From Nitrospira sp. (GTDB taxonomy: Bacteria > Nitrospirota > Nitrospiria > Nitrospirales > Nitrospiraceae): a stretch of 53,214 nt of DNA. Every line of letters starts with the position of its first letter. Positions within the stretch are counted from its first letter, which is position 1. This document shows, in pieces, positions 6,675 to 15,864 of this stretch. Below the pieces are notes generated by a model. That model was not told the DNA's origin. It worked only from the letters and a program-made list of their open reading frames with translations, and did not search any database. The position numbers were made by a program, and so were the translations under genes. The DNA is taken from NCBI GenBank assembly GCA_005239475.1, contig SPAX01000022.1:1-53214 (forward strand), in the 5' to 3' direction.

Positions 6675-9337
6675 ATCGCTTCATTTTGAGGATGGCCTGG
6701 CGTGAAACCCGGGGAGCCTGGCGGCACTTTCTCTATTTCTTCGCCTGTATCGCGATCGGTGTCGGGGCCTTGGTGGGGGTGTCCCTCTTTGGCACGAACA
6801 TGGAGCGTGCCGTCACGAAAGAAGCGCGGGGGTTGTTAGGCGGCGATCTCGAAGTACGTCTGACGCATCCGCTGAGTCTCGCTGGACAGGCGGTGATGAA
6901 CTCGCTGGGCGAACGAGACATGGCTTTCACCCATGTGAGCGAGCTCGTGGCCATGGCCGCGCGCACAACCAAAGGGTCCGCTGCAACCCAATCGATCCAG
7001 ATCATTGAACTGAAAGCGGTCGAGTCGGCGTATCCTCTATATGGAACGATCCGACTCGATCCGGCGCAATCGCTTGATGTCCTGCTACGCCCGGATGAGG
7101 TCCGCTGTGGCGGGCATGCCTGCTTTGGCGCAGTGGTGCAGGAGTCGCTGCTGATTCGGATGGGCCTCTCGGTCGGGGATCAATTGAAGATCGGTCACGC
7201 GACATTTCTGATCAACGGCCTCGTACGGACCGAGCCGGATCGCATGGCCAATGCCTTCACCTTAGGCCCCCGGGTGATGATCACGCAGGAGGGATTAAGG
7301 GCAGCTGAGCTGATCAAGCCAGGAAGCCGGGTGCGAGAACGGTATCTCGTGAAGATGCCCTCCGATATGCCGGTGGAGCCGCTCCTCGCTGAGCTGCGCG
7401 ATCGGCTGGTGGCAGATTCCGCGCGCGTATCCAGCTATCGCACGGCCCAGTCACAGTTGAGACAATTTCTCGACCAACTCTCCCGCTATCTCGGGCTGAT
7501 CGGTCTCACCGCGCTATTCATCGGTGGACTGGGGGTCGGGACCTCGATTCATGCGTTCTTGCGGGACAAGTTGCGGACGATTGCGATCTTAAAAGCGCTC
7601 GGCGCGGATTCGGTCACGGTGGTCTCCATGTATGTGGTGCAAGCGATCTTCCTGGGATGTGTCGGGAGCCTCGCCGGGATCTTGCTGGGGATTGCGCTCC
7701 AACGAGGGCTCCCTCCCCTCATGGCGGCTCTGTTTGTATCCGACCTCCTCGATCAATTAGGCGTCTCCTCAGAATTGTCGTGGTTCTCGGTCTGGCCTTT
7801 GATGAAAGGGGCTGCACTGGGACTGTTGTCGACGTTGCTCTTTACCCTGTGGCCTTTGTTGAAGATTCGAGATGTTCACCCAGGTGCGATCTTCCGGCGC
7901 GATGCGGAACAGGCGACGGTCGAGCACGGGACTCCTTCGTCACGATGGTGGGTGAAATGGGGGCTGGCCGATCGATGGAATGTCGGCACGGCCGGAGTGA
8001 TCGTTCTCGGGCTATGCGCACTCTCCGTGTGGCAAGCAGGCTCCTGGTCGATCGGCTTCCTGTTTCTCGGTGCATTGTCTCTCGCCATCACGATCCTCTT
8101 TGTCTGTGCGCAAGTGTTCGTGCGGGGGCTGGCCTGGGCGCCGATGCCTCGCGTCTTGAGCCTTCGCTATGCCCTGGGCAATGTGGTGCGGCCGGGGAGC
8201 CAGGCGACCGGGATCATGGTCGCCATCGGCATCGGCGTGATGGTGATTGTCACGGTGTCGCTGGTGGAACAGGCGTTGCTCAGCCAGATACAGGAGAAAC
8301 GGCCGGTGGATGCCCCGACCTTTTTCTTTATCGATATTCAAGCTGATCAAGCGAAGGAGTTCGTGTCGTTGGTTGATCGAGAGACTGGTCGGGCGCGTCC
8401 GGAGCTCACACCACTGGTGCGTTCGCGACTCCATGCGATCGATGGACATATCGTCATGACGGAAGAGAGTTTGGAGAAGGACGACAAGCGCACGGAGGGG
8501 AAAGAGGCGCGGGGGAAACAATGGTATTTCACCCGTGAGTATGTGCTGACTTTCCTTGACCAGTTACCGAAAGACAATGAGCTGGTTAAAGGGGAATGGT
8601 GGAAGCCCGGGCAGGTCTTTTCGACCCCACTGGTTTCAGTAGAGGAGGACGCTGCCACGCATTTAGGTCTCACGATCGGCTCGATCGTGGAGTTTGATAT
8701 TCAGGGGGCCACGGTGTCGGCGAAGGTGAGCAGTATTCGTAAAGTCGAGTGGGGAAATTTCTCGACGAATTTCTACATGATCTTATCCCCGGGCGCGCTG
8801 GGAGAGGCTCCGTTTACCTATGTGGCGACGGTACGGGTCCCGCCGGAGAAAGAGGTGCCGTTGCAACAGGCGGTCGTCGCCTCATTCCCGAACATCAGTG
8901 CGATCCATATCGGCGACGTGCTCGATGGGTTCGCGCGTGTTCTCGACCGTCTCTCGCTGGCAATCAGGGCGGTGGCGTTATTTTGTGTTGTGGCCGGTGG
9001 GTTGGTCATGGCGGCGGCACTCGCAGCGACACGCTACCGGCGTCTCTACGAGTCGGTCATTCTGAAGGCGCTCGGCGCGACCCGAGGCCTGATTGCACGT
9101 GCCTTTGCCATGGAGTATGTCCTGTTGGGCGCCGTCGCCGGGTTGATTGGACTGACCCTCGGGACTGTCTTATCATGGGCCGTATTGCGGTTTCTGTTCG
9201 ATCTTCCCTGGAGCATACACCCACAGGTGCTTGGCATCGGCCTCCTCCTCACGATGTTGCTGACGCTGATCGTGGGCTTTGCGAGCACCTATCGGATTCT
9301 CGGCCAACGGCCGCTGGCCGTGCTTAGGCACGAGTAA
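6671..9337 (+). CDS. ybbP: FtsX-family ABC permease with duplicated FtsX domains (YbbP-like).
   Basis: 888 aa. GTGA overlap with the ybbA stop. Two FtsX-like TM clusters (IAILKALGA.. and VILKALGA..) separated by large soluble loops. Confidence 0.8.
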   Translation: MNRFILRMAWRETRGAWRHFLYFFACIAIGVGALVGVSLFGTNMERAVTKEARGLLGGDLEVRLTHPLSLAGQAVMNSLGERDMAFTHVSELVAMAARTTKGSAATQSIQIIELKAVESAYPLYGTIRLDPAQSLDVLLRPDEVRCGGHACFGAVVQESLLIRMGLSVGDQLKIGHATFLINGLVRTEPDRMANAFTLGPRVMITQEGLRAAELIKPGSRVRERYLVKMPSDMPVEPLLAELRDRLVADSARVSSYRTAQSQLRQFLDQLSRYLGLIGLTALFIGGLGVGTSIHAFLRDKLRTIAILKALGADSVTVVSMYVVQAIFLGCVGSLAGILLGIALQRGLPPLMAALFVSDLLDQLGVSSELSWFSVWPLMKGAALGLLSTLLFTLWPLLKIRDVHPGAIFRRDAEQATVEHGTPSSRWWVKWGLADRWNVGTAGVIVLGLCALSVWQAGSWSIGFLFLGALSLAITILFVCAQVFVRGLAWAPMPRVLSLRYALGNVVRPGSQATGIMVAIGIGVMVIVTVSLVEQALLSQIQEKRPVDAPTFFFIDIQADQAKEFVSLVDRETGRARPELTPLVRSRLHAIDGHIVMTEESLEKDDKRTEGKEARGKQWYFTREYVLTFLDQLPKDNELVKGEWWKPGQVFSTPLVSVEEDAATHLGLTIGSIVEFDIQGATVSAKVSSIRKVEWGNFSTNFYMILSPGALGEAPFTYVATVRVPPEKEVPLQQAVVASFPNISAIHIGDVLDGFARVLDRLSLAIRAVALFCVVAGGLVMAAALAATRYRRLYESVILKALGATRGLIARAFAMEYVLLGAVAGLIGLTLGTVLSWAVLRFLFDLPWSIHPQVLGIGLLLTMLLTLIVGFASTYRILGQRPLAVLRHE

Positions 9338-9402
9338 ACGATGCAACCAGCAGGATGCTGAAAAAGCCCGCCAGCATCGTTCTCGCCGAGCTCACAAGAA
9401 CT

Positions 9403-9444
9403 GTGAAACGTGAGGCGAGAAACGAGAAACGAGAAACGAGGGTC
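9403..9444. repeat. Heptamer tandem array (GAGAAAC x3 perfect, flanked by degenerate copies).
   Basis: gtgaaac gtgaggc gagaaac gagaaac gagaaac gagggtc. GGCGAGAAAC (9414-9423) can pair with GTTCTCGCC (9379-9387). Confidence 0.8.
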
Positions 9445-9578
9445 AGCCTCGGAGCTGCGGCCTTGTTTGGGAAAAGGCGCGTCTCGGCGCGCCGGGGTTG
9501 GGCGGGTGAGAAAGTCGCGCGCAGTGGAAGACAACCGGTCTGGTTGCTGAGAGGACTGAAGAGGGAGCGAATCGACAA

Positions 9579-10094
9579 TCAGTTTGCGTGATCGGGAAGG
9601 CGTAGGTCGAGAATGCGGCGGAGGCGTCGTTCCTCCGAGCGGAGGAGACTGGAAAAGCGAAGCCCGATCCCTTCGGCACAACGGGAGCGCACAATGGCGC
9701 CATCGATCATGATGGGATCATCGTACTCGGCCGGATGAAATTCCAGCATCACCTGGCATCCCATCGGAATGCGCTGGCTCGTACGCACGCGGCATCCTCT
9801 GAGTGACAAATTCGACAGTATCCCTTCGACGACGACGTGCTGGCTCGGATCGTGGGTGGGGCGGACCTGCGCCGGGTACTGCACCGAAACCCGGTCATAG
9901 TTGCGGCGAGGATTTGTCTTCATGCGGCCAAGGAACGTGGTGAATCGGTGCGCACAGAGCTGGCACCGGACCGGGTAAATGGTCAGGGCGCCGAGCAGGT
10001 GATCGGTCACGCCTCTTCGAGGTGCCAACCGCGTTTTGGATGTCCCGCAGCGCGGGCAATTCCACGTGTGCATCGCGAACATCACGGTCCCCAC
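9579..10094 (-). CDS. PilZ-domain protein with an N-terminal Cys4 zinc-ribbon-like segment. The start is either GTG 10094 or ATG 10082.
   Basis: CPRCG..(x31)..CQLCAHRF is followed by RR..R / D.S..G PilZ-like motifs: PRRNYDRVSVQYP ... GILSNLSLRGCRV. Confidence 0.75.
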   Translation of the reverse strand: MGTVMFAMHTWNCPRCGTSKTRLAPRRGVTDHLLGALTIYPVRCQLCAHRFTTFLGRMKTNPRRNYDRVSVQYPAQVRPTHDPSQHVVVEGILSNLSLRGCRVRTSQRIPMGCQVMLEFHPAEYDDPIMIDGAIVRSRCAEGIGLRFSSLLRSEERRLRRILDLRLPDHAN

Positions 10095-10182
10095 GAAGTG
10101 GCTCTAGAGGCTGATCGCAGGAAATATACAGGTGGCCGATTGTAGCGATGCCAATGGCAACACGACAAGCCCCCCTTCCGTA

Positions 10183-10544
10183 TTACCAGTGCTGGGTAGC
10201 TTGGTGGAGTGTCAGTGCGGTGGCTTCAGAATCGAGTATTACGGCCATCCGGCAGGCGGGCGAGGAGAATGGTTCAAGCTTGACGGTCGTTCCCTTGGCG
10301 CGAAGTGTCGTCACCATGGCGTCCACGTATCGACCGCGAGTCCGATCCCACCACCGGCATCGGCGCCAGGGCTGACGCTTTCCGCAAAGGTTGTGATGGC
10401 GAAGGTGCCGCCTACCAGGTCGTATTCGGTTCAGGCATCTTGAAATACTCGCGAGACTGTCAGCCCGAGATCCTGCTCGTAGAACCTCCGCGTGCGGGCG
10501 ATGTCTGTCATGGGATACATGGTGAAGGCCATGCTCGTGATCAT
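10183..10544 (-). pseudogene. VOC/glyoxalase-family gene inactivated by one in-frame TGA and one frameshift.
   Basis: AAGGAGAG SD, then MITSMAFTMYPMTDIARTRRFYEQDLGLTVSRVFQDA, a TGA at 10431-10433, then the same frame continues TEYDLVGGTFAITTFAESVSPGADAGGGIGLAV. Near 10337 the reading shifts by 1 nt and continues (D)VDAMVTTLRAKGTTVKLEPFSSPACRMAVILDSEATALTLHQATQHW, ending at the stop. Confidence 0.7.
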
Positions 10545-10569
10545 GGGCTCTCTCCTTGCCAATACCGGT

Positions 10570-13314
10570 CTATCGGTATTGAGCGAGGTATGTGCCCAAG
10601 GCCTGGCTGTCTCGCTCTCGAACCGTGACGGCGATCCGCAAATGTTCGAGATATTGATCGAGCGTTTTCCCGCCGAGGTCGATCTTACGCGTGGTGAAAA
10701 AGTCCCGCACGTCTCGCTCGAGTTCAGGTGTGGCGAGGCTGATGATCCCACCGCACATGCGGCGCAGTCCCTGTTTGGGGAAGCTGTGGTCCATCTTCTC
10801 CCAGTTCGTTTTCACAAAAGTCCAGGCTAATTCTCTGCCATAGACATTGCCCAGGATAGCGCTGACGAGAAACGGCGCGTCTTGCGTGCGGATTTCTCCG
10901 CTGATGGTGCGAACGAGCGTGCGGTCGAGCAAGGCCTTGGGCTGGAATGATGCGAGCGAGAAGAGATAGCGGCGTTCCTCTTGGGGTGTGGCAGCCGTGC
11001 GGAACCGCTCGTTAAATTCGTCATACCGGGGTGCGTCGCCCGTATGTGCGAGGATCGCGACGAGTGAAGGCACGATATTGGGGTCAACGGCTGTCGCGTC
11101 GTTGCAGTAAGCCAGGTACAGCTCGGCTGCGCGCCGTTGGATGGCCGGATCATTGCCGAGTTTACCCTGTACGCCGATCAGTTCACCCCGCAGTTGTTTC
11201 GTCAGCTCGCTCTCGTCGCTGCGAGGGACCCAACCCAGGTCTGCAGTGGCCGGACCGATCCGACCGCGCACGAACGATTCGAGCGCCGGTCGATCCTCCA
11301 CGGTGATAATCCGGTTCAGAAAGGAGAAGGAGTCGATTAATACAGCCCAGACATTCTTATCCCGCTCCGTAGTGAAGCGGGCTGTCAGGTCAAGATAGTC
11401 CGTAAGAGGCATGAGGCCGGCGACGGTGGTGGCCCAGGCGTCGTCGATGAGGTTGAACCGCTCGGTCACGGCGAGTCGATCGATGCCGCGGTTCAGGAGC
11501 CGATCGAGCAGGTCTGGTGCATAGCGCACCCGATAGAAGCCATGGCCTCCCTCGTTGAGCAGGATGGTCTCCCAATCGTGGGGGAGCGGGACTGTCGTGT
11601 CCTTCTCCGTCAGCAACATGCGCGAGGTGCTGGTCTTGCCGGCTGCGGTGATTCGCATCTGGAGCGGGATCTGCCATGTTTGAGGGACGGGGTAGGGGGT
11701 AAGGGGCAAGGGGTTAGGCAGATAGGTGAAGCGCTGCTGGGACAGGACAAGCCGGCGCGACTGATTGATCTCGGCCGTAATGAGGGGATACCCTGGTTGG
11801 AAAATCCATCCGTTCATGAGCTCAGGCACCGGCTGTTTGGCGATCTTCCCCATCGATACCCAGAGATCATTCGTGTCTGCGTTCCCATAGGTATGCGCGC
11901 GCAAATAGTCGCGGACTCCGTCGCGGAAGACCGTCGGTCCAATGTGCTGTTCTAACATTCGGAGTACCGACGCGCCCTTTTCATAAGTCAGAACGTCGAA
12001 CATCGCATCGGCGTCCTTGGGGGCCTGCACCGGATATTCGATCGGTCTCGTACTCCGCAGTCCGTCTACGGAAAAGGCCGCGGCGCGCGAGACTCCGAAG
12101 CTGTCCCATCGTTTCCATTCCGGTTTCCAGGCATCCACGGCCAGCATTTCCATGAAGGTGGCGAAGGCTTCGTTCAGCCAGAGCCCGTTCCACCAGGACA
12201 TCGTGACCAAATCGCCGAACCACATGTGCGCGTTTTCATGCGCGACCACATCGGCCACGCGCTCCAGTTCGCCATGCGTGGCACTCTTCCGATCGACCAG
12301 CAGGGCCGTTTCACGGTATGTAATGGCGCCCAGATTTTCCATGGCCCCGGAGGCAAAGTCAGGAATGGCGAGCAGGTCGAGCTTGTCACCGGGGTAGGGG
12401 ATCCCGTAGTAGCTCTCAAAAAAGGAGAGCGATGCCTCCGCAATGTCTTGGCCAAATCGAGTGAGATGCCCTTTCCCAGGGACGGCCCAGAGGCGAAGCG
12501 GGGTCTGGCCGACCATCACCGGTTCGGTCGGCTCGATCCGGCCTACGATGAACGCGACCAGGTAGGTGGACATCTTCATCGTATCGGCGAAGCGCACCAC
12601 CTTCTTCCCACCCGCAAGTGTTTCGGATGCGATCGCGGTGTTGGAGACCGCGGTTAACGTTGGATCGATGATCAACGTCGCCGCAAAGACGGCTTTGAAG
12701 TCCGGCTCATCCCAGCAGGGAAAGGCGCGGCGGGCGTCTGTGGCTTCGAACTGTGTCGCGGCAAGCTGGTGAGTCATGCCATGCTTGTCTTTGTAGGTAC
12801 TTCGGTAGAAACCACGGAGTTTGTCGTTATGCATGCCGTAGAATCTCATCGTCAGTTTCCAGATACCTGGCGAGAGAGGCGTGGTGAATGTGAGATGGCA
12901 ACGCTCGAGTGCTGCATCCAATGTAATGGTGGCCTGTTTTACGGGTGCTGAATCTCCTTCAATCTGCGCCGAGGTGATCTCGAGCTCAATGGCGTTGAGG
13001 ACGATTTCAGAGGTTGGCTGATGGACTGTCAGGGTGATGGTTTCCTCTCCAGCGAAGCGTGCGGCAGTCAGGTCCGGCTCCAATCGTAGATCGTAGCGAA
13101 GCGGAACTACATGTCTTGGAAGCCGGTATGGATCGAGCGTGCCCGGAGAAGAATCCTGGTTCATATCCTCACCTTTCGGTCGTTCGGTGGCTGCTTGTGC
13201 GAAGGCAGTGTGGAGCCACGGGCTGAAGAACTGTGTGAGTGGAAAGGCCACGAGGAAGCGGCCATGCTTAACGAGGGCCTGCAGGGTCTGTCGCCTGCCG
13301 ACCGGCTCACTCAT
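10570..13314 (-). CDS. pepN: M1-family aminopeptidase N (zinc metallopeptidase).
   Basis: GAMEN motif (ASGAMENLGA), HENAHMWFGD-x18-E zinc site, ERAP1-like C-terminal domain. The ATG overlaps the rpiA stop (ATGA). Confidence 0.9.
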   Translation of the reverse strand: MSEPVGRRQTLQALVKHGRFLVAFPLTQFFSPWLHTAFAQAATERPKGEDMNQDSSPGTLDPYRLPRHVVPLRYDLRLEPDLTAARFAGEETITLTVHQPTSEIVLNAIELEITSAQIEGDSAPVKQATITLDAALERCHLTFTTPLSPGIWKLTMRFYGMHNDKLRGFYRSTYKDKHGMTHQLAATQFEATDARRAFPCWDEPDFKAVFAATLIIDPTLTAVSNTAIASETLAGGKKVVRFADTMKMSTYLVAFIVGRIEPTEPVMVGQTPLRLWAVPGKGHLTRFGQDIAEASLSFFESYYGIPYPGDKLDLLAIPDFASGAMENLGAITYRETALLVDRKSATHGELERVADVVAHENAHMWFGDLVTMSWWNGLWLNEAFATFMEMLAVDAWKPEWKRWDSFGVSRAAAFSVDGLRSTRPIEYPVQAPKDADAMFDVLTYEKGASVLRMLEQHIGPTVFRDGVRDYLRAHTYGNADTNDLWVSMGKIAKQPVPELMNGWIFQPGYPLITAEINQSRRLVLSQQRFTYLPNPLPLTPYPVPQTWQIPLQMRITAAGKTSTSRMLLTEKDTTVPLPHDWETILLNEGGHGFYRVRYAPDLLDRLLNRGIDRLAVTERFNLIDDAWATTVAGLMPLTDYLDLTARFTTERDKNVWAVLIDSFSFLNRIITVEDRPALESFVRGRIGPATADLGWVPRSDESELTKQLRGELIGVQGKLGNDPAIQRRAAELYLAYCNDATAVDPNIVPSLVAILAHTGDAPRYDEFNERFRTAATPQEERRYLFSLASFQPKALLDRTLVRTISGEIRTQDAPFLVSAILGNVYGRELAWTFVKTNWEKMDHSFPKQGLRRMCGGIISLATPELERDVRDFFTTRKIDLGGKTLDQYLEHLRIAVTVRERDSQALGTYLAQYR

Positions 13315-14012
13315 GTCCTCGGCGCAGGGTGCGTCTCAACTCCGTTGGGTGTGCCCACGATGAGCAGGTCTGTTCGTCCGACAAAGAGGCCGGTCTCGAC
13401 GATTCCTGGAATCAGGTGCAAGGCGATTTCGAGTTCTCGCGGGCTGTCGATCCGCGGGAGATGGACATCCAGAATCACGTGGCCTGTTTCCGTGTAAAAC
13501 GGCGACCCGTTCCGTTCCCTGAGCACCACACGACTCTGCGTGAGGGCCTCAATTTCTCGTGCCGTACTTCCCCAGCCGAAGGGGATCACCTCGACGGGAA
13601 GCGGGAAGGATCCCCCCAGTACGGGGACTCGCTTGGTATGGTCGACCAGTACAATGAACTGCTTGGCCGAAGCCGCGACAATCTTTTCCTTCAGGAGCGC
13701 GCCGCCTCCGCCCTTGATGAGATTGAAGCCAGGATCGACCTGATCGGCCCCGTCGATCGCCACATCGATCACCCAGGCATTATCGGCATCGATGAGGATG
13801 ATTCCTTCTTGCTTGGCGAGCGAGGCCGTTTCCTTCGACGTGGACACTCCGCGAAGTGTCATGCCCGCGCGGATCTTTTCCCCCAGCGCGATGACCATAT
13901 GCTTGGCCGTTGAGCCGGTCCCGAGGCCAACGACCATCCCATCGCGAACGAATTCGACAGCTGTTCGCGCTGCGGCTTTCTTCAGGCTGTCGAGATCCTG
14001 GTTGCTCATCAT
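13311..14012 (-). CDS. rpiA: Ribose-5-phosphate isomerase A.
   Basis: GLGTGSTA, DGADQVD and LIKGGGGALLKEKI motifs. Confidence 0.9.
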   Translation of the reverse strand: MMSNQDLDSLKKAAARTAVEFVRDGMVVGLGTGSTAKHMVIALGEKIRAGMTLRGVSTSKETASLAKQEGIILIDADNAWVIDVAIDGADQVDPGFNLIKGGGGALLKEKIVAASAKQFIVLVDHTKRVPVLGGSFPLPVEVIPFGWGSTAREIEALTQSRVVLRERNGSPFYTETGHVILDVHLPRIDSPRELEIALHLIPGIVETGLFVGRTDLLIVGTPNGVETHPAPRT

Positions 14013-15082
14013 GATGTGGAGGTATGGGAGAGGGCCGCGGCGACGGATGCGGCACCGAGTAGGGCGGTTTTCTGATTTATCACCACTTTGACCGGGATCG
14101 AACTCATCAAGCGCTTATAGCGGCCTTTGTTGATGAATGCCTTCATGAATGTTCCGTCTTTCAGTTTGGCCAGCAATTTCGGTGCGATGCCGCCGCCCAG
14201 ATACAGGCCGTTGAGTGCCAGGGCTTTCAGGGCAAGATTGCCTGCTTCGGCTCCATAGATGGAGGCAAACATGTCGAGCGCCTGCTTCGCGATGTCTGCC
14301 TGCCCCTTGAGCCCGGCTGCTGCGATCACCGCAGGAGGGTCGCCGGCTTTGATTTGTTCAGAGAGCCACGTCGGCTCATTCTTCTTGCTGTCGCGGAGAT
14401 AGTCATAGATGGCATGCAGACCGGGACCAGACAACACACGTTCGTAACTCACGTGCAGGTAGTTACCGCGCAGATGGCGCAGCAGTTCAATTTCGTTGTC
14501 ATCGTTCGGTGCGAAGTCCGCATGACCCCCTTCCGACGGCATAGGTTGATAGCGCGTGCCGTTCCAGAAGAGGATAGATTCGCCCAGTCCGGTTCCCGCC
14601 GCGATCAGGGCGAGCGCCTGGTTGTGCGGTGGTGGAGCTCCGGCGTTGAGGACTTCGACTTCGTCCGCTCGGAGCAGCAGAATCCCGTGGGCCATGGCTT
14701 CGAGATCGTTGAGCAGCTTCACTCTCGGTATATCGAAACGCTTCGCCAGTGTTGCGCCATCGACCACCCACGGGAGGTTGGTCGTCTGACAACGGTTCTG
14801 AATGACGGGGCCGGCGATGCCGAAACAGGCTGCGTTGATTTTCGACGGTTTTTCCGCTAGGCGCTCCGGTTCTGGCTCGGCGTCGTCGCTCTTCTCGGTT
14901 GCGAATTCGTCGATGGGCGTCGGGGGCTTCGGTGGGACGAGAAATTCAGTGAGCATGTCCTCGAGCGAGGTGTAATCGGCACTGTGGAACGACTCCAATC
15001 GGACGGGATCGACGCGCTCCTTTTTCCAGTCGAACAGGGCTAAGTGAGTTTTTGTGCCCCCGATATCTCCGGCAACAATCAT
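14009..15082 (-). CDS. glk: Glucokinase (Glk family).
   Basis: N-terminal AGDIGGTKTHLALF ATP-binding motif, LLNDLEA, and C-terminal LYLGGGIAPK. ATGA overlap with rpiA. Confidence 0.85.
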   Translation of the reverse strand: MIVAGDIGGTKTHLALFDWKKERVDPVRLESFHSADYTSLEDMLTEFLVPPKPPTPIDEFATEKSDDAEPEPERLAEKPSKINAACFGIAGPVIQNRCQTTNLPWVVDGATLAKRFDIPRVKLLNDLEAMAHGILLLRADEVEVLNAGAPPPHNQALALIAAGTGLGESILFWNGTRYQPMPSEGGHADFAPNDDNEIELLRHLRGNYLHVSYERVLSGPGLHAIYDYLRDSKKNEPTWLSEQIKAGDPPAVIAAAGLKGQADIAKQALDMFASIYGAEAGNLALKALALNGLYLGGGIAPKLLAKLKDGTFMKAFINKGRYKRLMSSIPVKVVINQKTALLGAASVAAALSHTSTS

Positions 15083-15089
15083 CCTGCCC

Positions 15090-15863
15090 TCATGTGCCCG
15101 TCCCCCGTTGATGTATCGGAAGCTCGACTGCCGCAGCTTGGTCGAGGAGCCAGATGAGGCGACCTCCCTCTGGTTCGACTAACGCGGCGGGGAGTTGTCG
15201 TTCTGCCTCGGTCTTTGGATCGAGGATGGCTTTCACGATTCCTGCTTTGCCGGCTCCCGCGACGAGAAACAGTACCACACTCGCCCGGTTGATCACACCT
15301 AGGGTCATGGTCAGTCTAGTCGGTGGACCTTTTGGAGACTGGGTCACGGCAATCAGGCTCTGGTTGTCCCGCAGGGCTGGTGACCCAGGAAACAGAGAGG
15401 CCGTGTGCCCATCTTCGCCTAGCCCTAAGAGGACAAGGTCAAGGGTTGGGTGGGTGGATGGTGATGTCTTAGTTGCACGACGCAACTGCTGTTCATACTC
15501 ATGGGCCGCCGCTTGTGGGTCACGGGATTCCCCTGCCATACGATAGACCTGCGAGGGCGTAACTTTCAGAGGGGTGAACAGGGTTTTCTTGGCCAAGGCG
15601 TAATTGCTTTGAGGGTCATCCGGAGGAACGAGGCGTTCGTCGCTAAAGAAAAAGGCGGTTCGTGACCAATCGAAGCGATCGGCGAAGGGGGGAGAGCTTA
15701 GTGCCCGGTAGAGGGTTTCCGGTGTTGTGCCGCCGGAGAGGGCGATGAGGAATCGCCCGTTCTCGCGAACAGCCTCTTGGCCCACGGCGTGCACGAGTTC
15801 CACTGCTGCCGCAGCCCATGTTCGACTGTCGTGAGAGATGCGGATTTCGGGGGGGCGGGCCAT
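15090..15863 (-). CDS. pgl: 6-phosphogluconolactonase.
   Basis: LSGGTTP, FFSDERLVPPDDPQSNY and LLGLGEDGHTASLFPG motifs. Confidence 0.85.
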   Translation of the reverse strand: MARPPEIRISHDSRTWAAAAVELVHAVGQEAVRENGRFLIALSGGTTPETLYRALSSPPFADRFDWSRTAFFFSDERLVPPDDPQSNYALAKKTLFTPLKVTPSQVYRMAGESRDPQAAAHEYEQQLRRATKTSPSTHPTLDLVLLGLGEDGHTASLFPGSPALRDNQSLIAVTQSPKGPPTRLTMTLGVINRASVVLFLVAGAGKAGIVKAILDPKTEAERQLPAALVEPEGGRLIWLLDQAAAVELPIHQRGTGT

Positions 15864-15864
15864 C

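Noticed and set aside
7657-8346. 229-aa same-strand alternative-frame ORF inside the ybbP-like permease gene, together with many other overlapping ORFs in the window (for example 2084..2704, 13329..13913, 20246..20842, 35337..36281, 40043..40624).
   Set aside because: Each is nested in or antisense to a gene with clear family motifs. Their compositions are Arg/Pro/Gly-biased, as expected for off-frame translation.
10431-10433. In-frame TGA in the VOC gene as a possible selenocysteine or recoding site.
   Set aside because: The context suggests a mutated Trp codon. The gene also carries an independent frameshift, no SECIS-like hairpin is obvious downstream, and VOC proteins are not selenoproteins.
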